Part shown: positions 57,201 to 64,000 of the stretch, piece after piece | How the letters are laid out: each line of letters opens with the position of its first letter | Position numbering within the stretch: the first letter of the stretch is position 1 | DNA from: Catajapyx aquilonaris | Lineage: Eukaryota | DNA: 64,000 nt | Direction of reading: 5' to 3' | Assembly (NCBI GenBank): GCA_000934665.2 | Contig: KZ537966.1 | Span: 124,001-188,000 of the forward strand | The notes under the pieces: model-generated | Told to the model about the DNA's origin: nothing | What the model saw: the letters and a program-made list of their open reading frames with translations, nothing else | The model's database searches: none | Translations under genes and position numbers: made by a program

Positions 57201-60059
57201 ATCACTGTTGCAAAAAAAGGCAGTGATGCTTTGTTGAAGTAAGAGTTACTACTTGTATAAAATGTGAAGAATATATGGACAGTCTTTGTTATGCCACCAT
57301 TTGTTGTAAGACTAATCCCTAACAAGTTACCATCCGGTAACATTTGTGTGACCTAGAATTTGCCAATGAATGCACAAATTCTTCTCTCCGTCCTTCTTAC
57401 TTTGTTTTGCATAATGATAAATAATGCAACATGTATAATTCATGTACAGTGCATGTCTGTCTTTGCCTCTGTGTGGCATCGAGAACTTTGAAAGGGTGTG
57501 CACTTCATTTCCTTCATCCATATGCATCATGGCATCCAAAAAGCACAAGAATGCGCAATGTGCACCTGCGAAAAATAAAATCATGCATCTGGCCAATATG
57601 CCTTAGGATTCATGCCTGGTGTTGTGAGATGGCAAAGAATGCACCATGAAGCGGCTTTTTCGTTATTGCTGGCTACCTGCTACGTAAATAAGTTTTGATG
57701 CAAATGAATGAATGAATGAATGAAAAGTAAAACTACTGAAGCACTTAATGGCAAGCTTTTTTTCCTGATGAGAATATGATACACAGATTTCCCAATATTG
57801 CCCTCATTTTTGCAACATGACATGGTTTTATAACAAGGACTTCCTGTACTCATTAACTTAAATGTAGTTGTGGTACCAACTAAGGCTCCATCTTTTCAGA
57901 TGTGGAATTGGAAAGGATTCTATAAAACTAGAGCCAAGTGAAGAGCTCCTGAGGTTCTCTTCAGCTACTGTGCCAAAGAAGGATGTTGGAACTTATCATC
58001 CACAAAATTCCATACGCAACCATATACCTCAACCATACAACCCACCAACTGTGTATGGAGAATTTCTTTCTTCACGTGGCATGACAGTACAATATAATTA
58101 TAATACAGAGAGTGTTTCACCAGGAGAGATTCAGTATTACTTGGAAGATGTTATTCTCCGTTTGTCTCCTACCCCAAAAAGACCTTTCCCATTTGGGTGA
58201 CTGCCAGTAGACAAATCTACCCCCAGGCACTTTGTGCTAAAAAAAATATTGAACTACTACTAGGGATATTTCAGTTGGAACTGATATAGTAATTTATCAT
58301 CCCATTCTCTGCAATTTCCCTTTCCAGGACACTGCCAACTGTAAAAATCCATGACTACCCAACCATTGAAGCTGCTCCTTCTCGAGTAAACACACAAGCT
58401 AAATACCTCGAAGAGCAGAGCATGCTGTACACAGAAATAAGCCGTGTGAGAGGTGATCTGGCATCACAGTATGACTGTATGCCTTATATTGTTGCCAGCA
58501 ATAAGACAGTACTCGAACTCGCCAAGGTGCGACCGTCTACTGAAGCGAAAATGCTTAAGGGTAAGTGCACATCTTGTGTGTGAGATAATTATGCTGTTGA
58601 GACTTTACTTTAGTATGTGGCATGAAGGTGTTGGCCGCAAAGAATTCAGATCAATCAGTTTGCAGGATGCTTGTTTTTTATGCATCTTACATCCAGAATT
58701 GTATGCCTTTCTTTAGAGCAGGGCTTCTTAACTGGAGGAGTGTGAGCGAGGTCTGGGCTTAAAGACCATTTTGTCTGGACTTCTTCCCTGCCCATATTCA
58801 TCCAGAATACCAACAATCACGGCATTTCTCTATGATGGGGTGGCCATCCTTCAAGCTTCATGTAGTTCTAGTAATACAGTTAAACTTGTGGGAGACCAGT
58901 GTAACTTTTAAATGCATCTTGTCAGTCTTTGGTTATTCTCCAGTGTAATCTGCAAATTCTTGATTTCTGTTGCAGTGGAAGGAATTGTTGCCGCCAAGAT
59001 GGAGAAGTTTGGCAAGCCCCTGCTCCAAACTCTCCTCAAATGGTGTGAAAAGAATAATGTTCCTTTGGACTGTTCTGAAGAAGAAGAAAAGATAAATGTG
59101 GACAAAGACGCAGAGCAGAAGCTGATTTTCTTGAGCACCACCGAAAGAGAAACATACCTAAAGCACTCACAATCTGGGCTTGACGTTGAGAACATAGCAA
59201 TTGAAAGGTGCATGTCATATATTTTCCTGCCATATCATTGCACATTAACAGCTTGAAGTCTCAATGTAGTCCAATTGAGCATTCCTCCTATTGAGTTGTG
59301 ACGTTTCAGATTGAAAATTTCCTCAGATTAATTCCTATTCTTCTGCAGTCTGCAAGTGTATTGAAGTTATGCAGAAGCTTAACTGATATGTCATGTCCAT
59401 TCAAGGTGCTTTTCAAGGACCACCATTGTTGCACACCTCATCAAGGCCATCGAGCTTGGACTGCCTGTGTCGCTGAAGAGCTTGGGTATTAGTGACACAG
59501 TGAAAGACGCCATTGTGAAAGCCATCAGGTCACCTGAAGTTGGTTCAAAGATAGACAGGCTTACGCCTATCAAAGACAATTGCCCTGAACACATCACCTG
59601 GGATCAGATCAAGATTGTGCTGGCAGTCCTGAAATGGGAGTATGGAGTTGGCAGTTATCAATGCAGGGATGAGGGCGTTCAGGTATGACAATTGGCATGT
59701 TGCGGGCAATGAACGATTTGTTATCTTTAATGTGCATGGTTTAGGTGGCTGCACCAGTGGCACAACCAGCTGCACCAGTGGCACAACCGGAATCACCAAA
59801 GAAGATGCAGCAGACGACACTGATTGCTCATCTATCACCAAGGAAAAAAGCGGAGAGCAACAGTAACACTCTTGATGGCTCGGCTGTGGGCGGAGGCAAG
59901 CCCAGAGTGAAAAAAAGCACCATTCAGTACCTGGACGATGCTAAAGAGGAGGGGGAATCACCCCGCAAGAAGAGGAAGCTACCTGAATGGCTGTCAGCCA
60001 AGACTATCGCCAGTTCCAAGCTTAAAGGCTGTAAGAAAGCCAAGAATCTTCACTTTTAA
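54264..60059 (+). CDS. WRN: Werner syndrome-type RecQ helicase without N-terminal exonuclease domain (about 13 coding exons)
   Basis: Proposed exons: 54264-54482, 54568-54640, 54707-54954, 55017-55252, 55474-55581, 55641-56111, 56636-57063, 57130-57238, 57900-58196, 58328-58560, 58976-59207, 59406-59682, 59745-60059. Motifs: [66 protein letters not shown] Zn site ([10 protein letters not shown]...CCDNC), HRDC ([10 protein letters not shown]...VRPST), a C-terminal HTH and a WRN-like tail KRKLPEWL. The start codon and some central exon ends are less certain. Confidence 0.88.
56210..56359. repeat. Inverted repeat (40-bp arms), MITE-like, in a WRN intron
   Basis: tataagcatacttgctacaccttcacaatgtgggaataaa pairs with tttattcccacattgtgaaggtgtgggaagtatgcttata. 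Confidence 0.75.
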
Positions 60060-60666
60060 GAATAAGTTCAAAGGTGTACAATTTCCCTGCCAGTTGTATG
60101 TTATGCGGTTACATTGAAGGTGTACTACTGCTTGCATTTTCGCTTATTTAGTCTAAGCCACATGTATGTGAAGGCATACTAGAGTAACAATGGAGCCTGA
60201 AGTGTCTGGTTTTTGTTTGGAAAAATTAAATCCATTTCTGCAGTTCTAGGACTGAAAGGAGACTGAAAGTAACTGCATAACCATAGCTTATTGATTTCCT
60301 GACTTATTTCCCGGGAAATGTAATTTTTCTACAATGGCATTGTGACTTCATGCTCAATATGCGGAATAAAAAATTGTTAGTTCATCTTTTCTTTTCATTT
60401 CATATAAATTATTTCATGGAGATGATAGGGTATGGATTGTACATGTAAAATGAGACTACTACACCTAATACCAGGAAGAGGCTAGAATGGTTTCACATCA
60501 GATGCAGCTACCCTTCCTCTGCAAATAACAAGTGCTCCAAACAATACCTAGCAAAGAAACAGCTCAAATGTTGAAGGGTTATAATTACTTTTTATTTGTA
60601 AACACCATCTAACAGGTAAAATAACTTTGCATACACACGAATGAGAGGGTAAAAATGTTGTCCTGA

Positions 60667-61086
60667 TCATGTTAGCCCTTCTCGTTCTTTCCAAGTCTTC
60701 TTCATTTCTTCCTTCTTTTTCATCCGTCTCTCTTTCTCTGCCCTTTTCCTGTCCTCCGCTCTCTTCATTTGAGCTGCCACACTCATATCTCCATTCATGA
60801 CTGAGTCGAGCTTCTCCACCATTAGCTTCCTGGCCAGCTTCCTGTTTTGGTCCTGAGACCTGGTCTGGACACACTTAACACCGACTCCACTTGGTATGTG
60901 TTTCAGCCACACGCAGCTGGAAGTGGTGTTGATTCCCGAGCCCCCCGGTCCATGACCTTTCACAAACTCCTCTTCCAAATCCTCTTCCCGAAGGACAGGA
61001 TATCTGGAGTAATCTATGTGTTTAGCACGATGCAACAGTCGGCAGCAATTGCCGAGCCGAAGAAGGGGCACTCTCCACAGAGCCAT
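60667..61086 (-). CDS. MTRFR: Mitochondrial translation release factor in rescue (mtRF-R / C12orf65), 139 aa, GGS instead of GGQ
   Basis: Single-exon ORF with an Arg/Leu-rich targeting-like N-terminus, LREEDLEEEFVKGHGPGGSGINTTSSCVWLKHIPSGVGVKCVQTRSQDQNRKLARK (C12orf65 signature) and a basic C-terminal tail. Minus-strand AATAAA at 60591-60596. Confidence 0.92.
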   Translation of the reverse strand: MALWRVPLLRLGNCCRLLHRAKHIDYSRYPVLREEDLEEEFVKGHGPGGSGINTTSSCVWLKHIPSGVGVKCVQTRSQDQNRKLARKLMVEKLDSVMNGDMSVAAQMKRAEDRKRAEKERRMKKKEEMKKTWKEREGLT

Positions 61087-61596
61087 TCATATAACACGTT
61101 TCTTCGCAATGAAAGTCAGCCCTTTCTGAAAGTTGATAAGTCAGTGCTTTAGGATTATGCTGTACTGTTCATAATCAAGGGCAATCAGCCAATAATTATA
61201 ACCATGATTATAACACTCAGCAGGTAAGTTCACGTGAATGTGCTAGGCCAGAAAGAGATTACAATGTCACCACAATATTATTGTCGTATATCTACGTATT
61301 ATGTACCACTTTTATGGACATGTTTTTCCCTTCCTGAGAAGCAGACACATATTAACAAATCTTGTAAAATATCTGATTGGGAAGAATGAATGGAAATTAT
61401 GCTCCACGCATGTATGCTATACCTCGTATTGAAACCGTATATCCTCGTCGCTTGTGATGTTCCTGTTCTTCTCGAACTCCCTCCTGACCCTCCTCTGGAA
61501 GAACTCGTTGTCCGTGTACCGCAGACCCTTCCCGTACCGGAGCAGGTTGCGATAAAGCCTCACAACTTGCATCGGACTAGGGATGCAAGCGGCCAT
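61087..61596 (-). CDS. LYR-family microprotein homologous to AltMIEF1/AltMiD51 (L0R8F8), 70 aa, 2 exons
   Basis: Exon 1 is 61596-61423 (MAACIPSPMQVVRLYRNLLRYGKGLRYTDNEFFQRRVRREFEKNRNITSDEDIRFQYE). A phase-0 intron spans 61422-61126 (GTATAG...TTTCAG). Exon 2 is 61125-61087 (KGLTFIAKKRVI*). The pattern LYRxLLR...LRYTD...RREF.KN...EKGL.F matches my recollection of human AltMIEF1, which is also 70 aa. Confidence 0.88.
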
Positions 61597-61982
61597 CTTT
61601 GATCTCTCAGGTAGGTCGCATTCGAATCCACACCAAACCCTCATCTAATCCCAATTTTTTAAAAAATTCAGCAATTGTTTAAAATGGTAATGTCAGTAAT
61701 TTTATTGTTTTAATGTTTTAAAATGGATTTTCATATTGAGCAGCCAATTTTGATGGCAGTTGGATTCAGCATTCCATACCTGCGTGACGTCAGAAGCAGC
61801 TGATCTCCTATTTTCGTTGAAATTGCGTCAGTTTGGTTCGACAGGTACTGTAAGTCAGCAATTAGTGTCATTGCAGGGGTAATTAGAGAGCGTATGGCTG
61901 GATGAAACACTTTCGTTGTTGCATTGCAGATCTAGTCAAAATTATCTGAAGTGGATGCCCCAGGCCCTGTTGGAGTAAGACC
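61597..61982. promoter_or_regulatory. Bidirectional promoter LYR-mtRF-R / DnaJ
   Basis: The divergent start codons are about 390 bp apart. CCAAT motifs and a CRE palindrome TGACGTCA at 61785-61792. Confidence 0.65.
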
Positions 61983-62596
61983 ATGGCTAGTAAGCAGGCT
62001 GCGGATGATGACTACTACCAGATACTTGGTGTTCCACGGGATGCGACTCTTGAGGACATCAAGCAGGCGTAAGTTCAGGAGTTCATTCCCTGTCACTTGT
62101 ATATGAGAGCAGGCTAATCCGGTGCTGCTGCTTATTGGGGTAAGGAGCAGGTAAATTAGAGATGGAATAGTACAGTACATAAACAGTAAATAGAGCTGGA
62201 AAGCCCAGTGCAAGACTTTCTTACATCTGCTTGCCCCGTCATGTCATTCTTTACTGATGTGCACTGGCCTGCAAACGAACAGACATACTGTGTGTAAAAT
62301 TCCAGCCTGGCATGCACGCTGAGAGGATCTTGCATCTGGAGAGCCACTAAATATTTTAAAGAATATTTCTTATTAATCCTCAATGTCTTCCTCAATATTT
62401 CCTCAATATCCGCTGGCAACCCCACATCTGTTTGTGAAACGCTGTGAAGATGATGATGATGATCTCTTATTTAATGTTATTTATAGGTACAAAACCCAAG
62501 CACTTAAATGGCATCCTGACAAAAACCCAGACGACCAAGAGGGAGCCACCAAGCAATTCAAGGAGATTTCTGAAGCTTACCAAGTTCTTACTGATG
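61983..62596 (+). CDS. DnaJ/Hsp40 co-chaperone, DNAJB6/DNAJB2 (Mrj)-like, first two coding exons (continues beyond window)
   Basis: Exon 61983-62068 ([29 protein letters not shown]) joins exon 62487-62596 ([36 protein letters not shown]), giving a J-domain with the HPD motif. [10 protein letters not shown] is typical of DNAJB2/6. Confidence 0.88.
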
Positions 62597-62756
62597 GTGA
62601 GTTATTCAGTAACATCAACAGTTAGCATATTAGGAGCTGGCTGGATTATATTGAAGGTAATATGAGTTACTCCATTCCTAATTTTTTTCTCTTGGCTGTG
62701 CCCTTATTATACCAAAATCAACTATTAAATTTGAAAACATCACGTATAAACCAAAT

Positions 62757-63308
62757 GAGTACGTTTACATGGGACTAAAAATCGGCCTGACCCAGGCTTC
62801 CTCAGCAAGGCCTATCTACGCAAAGCCTGCTCCCACTTTTGCCACTGCTACATGGGACTGACCTGTGGGACTGACTATACCGGGCACTACATGGGACCGA
62901 GGGGGTGAGCCGCCCGAAAATAGTCCCTACCATGCCGGGCCATACTCCGCTCCTCACAGCAAAATGTGCAATGTGTGTAGCTCTGCAGCTACCGCATGGG
63001 CTGCCTGTGATAATTAGGCAGTTGAATTACATGTACCAGCACTGTTTATTCGAGAAAGCCACAGATACGGGGGGACTATTTTCGCGGCCGGTAGTCCACT
63101 CAGAAGCAAGTCCTGGGCTGTCCCCTAGCAGCCAATCACCGCCATCGCCTTAGGTAGACCACCCGATCCAAAAGGCTTGGGCTGCGCCCGACAACGGATC
63201 AGATAAGGCCGGTCTATCGTAGGCCCAGCGGCTACATGGGAGTAAACCGGTTCGCCTAGCATAGGCGGCCGTAGCTAGGCCGATTTTTAGTCCCATGTAA
63301 ACGTACTC
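62757..63308. mobile_element. Non-autonomous TIR DNA transposon (MITE) with AAT target-site duplication
   Basis: Perfect 32-bp TIRs gagtacgtttacatgggactaaaaatcggcct and aggccgatttttagtcccatgtaaacgtactc, with AAT on both flanks. Internal tacatggga repeats. Lies in an intron of the DnaJ gene. Confidence 0.85.
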
Positions 63309-63914
63309 AATGTTGGAAAGTACAATAGGTGACAGGGCTTCTTTGTACCATTAACGGTTAACCTAAAAGATTCTGTCAGTACTTGCAAATGAGAAAGCCT
63401 GTACCATATGCATCATTGTTACAAAAATGCACTAGTATAGTCAGTCCCTTTACAAATACTGGACGTGTAGCATTTTCAGCACAATAATGGACACCTGTGA
63501 TGGACACTACATGAGGAAAGGTGGAATAGGCTCTCCTTTTCAGTCATCTTCTTTATTTCATTTGTACCATTGTACATTTCAGGAAAAGTAATGCAGCAGG
63601 ATTAGCCTTGCTTTAGGTCATGCTATTATGGACATTCCACACAGAAAAATTTTATTTATTTATTTTACCCCGTGCTAGGCATCAAGGGCCTCTTTGGGGG
63701 GTGGCACACCACCATCAGTTTTCTGAATCACTTTTTCTTTTTCTCTCCGGTGCAAGGGAAGGATAGGGATATGAGGGGGACACACTGGTGCTAGTGCATT
63801 GTCTATATGTTGGGGGTCGTGTGCAGTCCCTCGGGGGGCCCGTTCGCCAGAGATGACCCCCTAGGTGCGGGATCAGAAACCCCCCCACTGACCCCGCACC
63901 TCCTCAGGGATGGG

Positions 63915-64000
63915 ACAAGGATAGGAAGGGCAGGAAGCGGCTGTGGCCTGTTATTACGGAAACAACTCCGGGATTTCCCTGGGGGGACCGTGGGAAACCA
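63915..64000. mobile_element. Probable SINE body fragment, truncated by window end
   Basis: ggaagcggctgtggcct...ccgggatttccctgggggga...ggaaacca resembles, from memory, the body of widespread tRNA-derived insect SINEs. The tRNA head is not visible in the window. Confidence 0.35.

Noticed and set aside
61597..61644. In-frame upstream ATG extending the LYR protein (MRVWCGFECDLPERSK)
   Set aside because: The ATG at 61596 has a strong context and gives the family-typical 70-aa length. The upstream ATG is probably at or before the TSS.

Overview
Eukaryotic (arthropod, probably insect) genomic DNA with GT-AG introns. Roughly 1-28.5 kb has no recognisable protein-coding exon. It looks like a large intron or regulatory region, possibly the 5' part of a leftward gene whose promoter is near 28.5 kb. 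From 29.7 kb to the end is a compact cluster of spliced housekeeping genes: AP-2 mu (-), an intronless CATIP-like ORF (+) that seems to lie in the first intron of PEX14 (+), CTDNEP1/Dullard (-), USP5 (-), DCTN2 (+), RpL27 (-), a WRN-type RecQ helicase with no exonuclease domain (+), mtRF-R/C12orf65 (-), an AltMIEF1/L0R8F8-like LYR microprotein (-), and the 5' end of a DNAJB6-like gene (+). There are also many MITEs and hairpins and one decayed mariner. The main result is an apparent bicistronic mitoribosome module. The spliced 70-aa LYR microprotein ORF ends at TGA directly next to the ATG of mtRF-R (TGA|ATG, zero spacer), and this mtRF-R has GGS in place of the catalytic GGQ. Exon boundaries were read by eye from splice consensus and reading-frame continuity. 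Family assignments come from remembered sequences; no database search was run.
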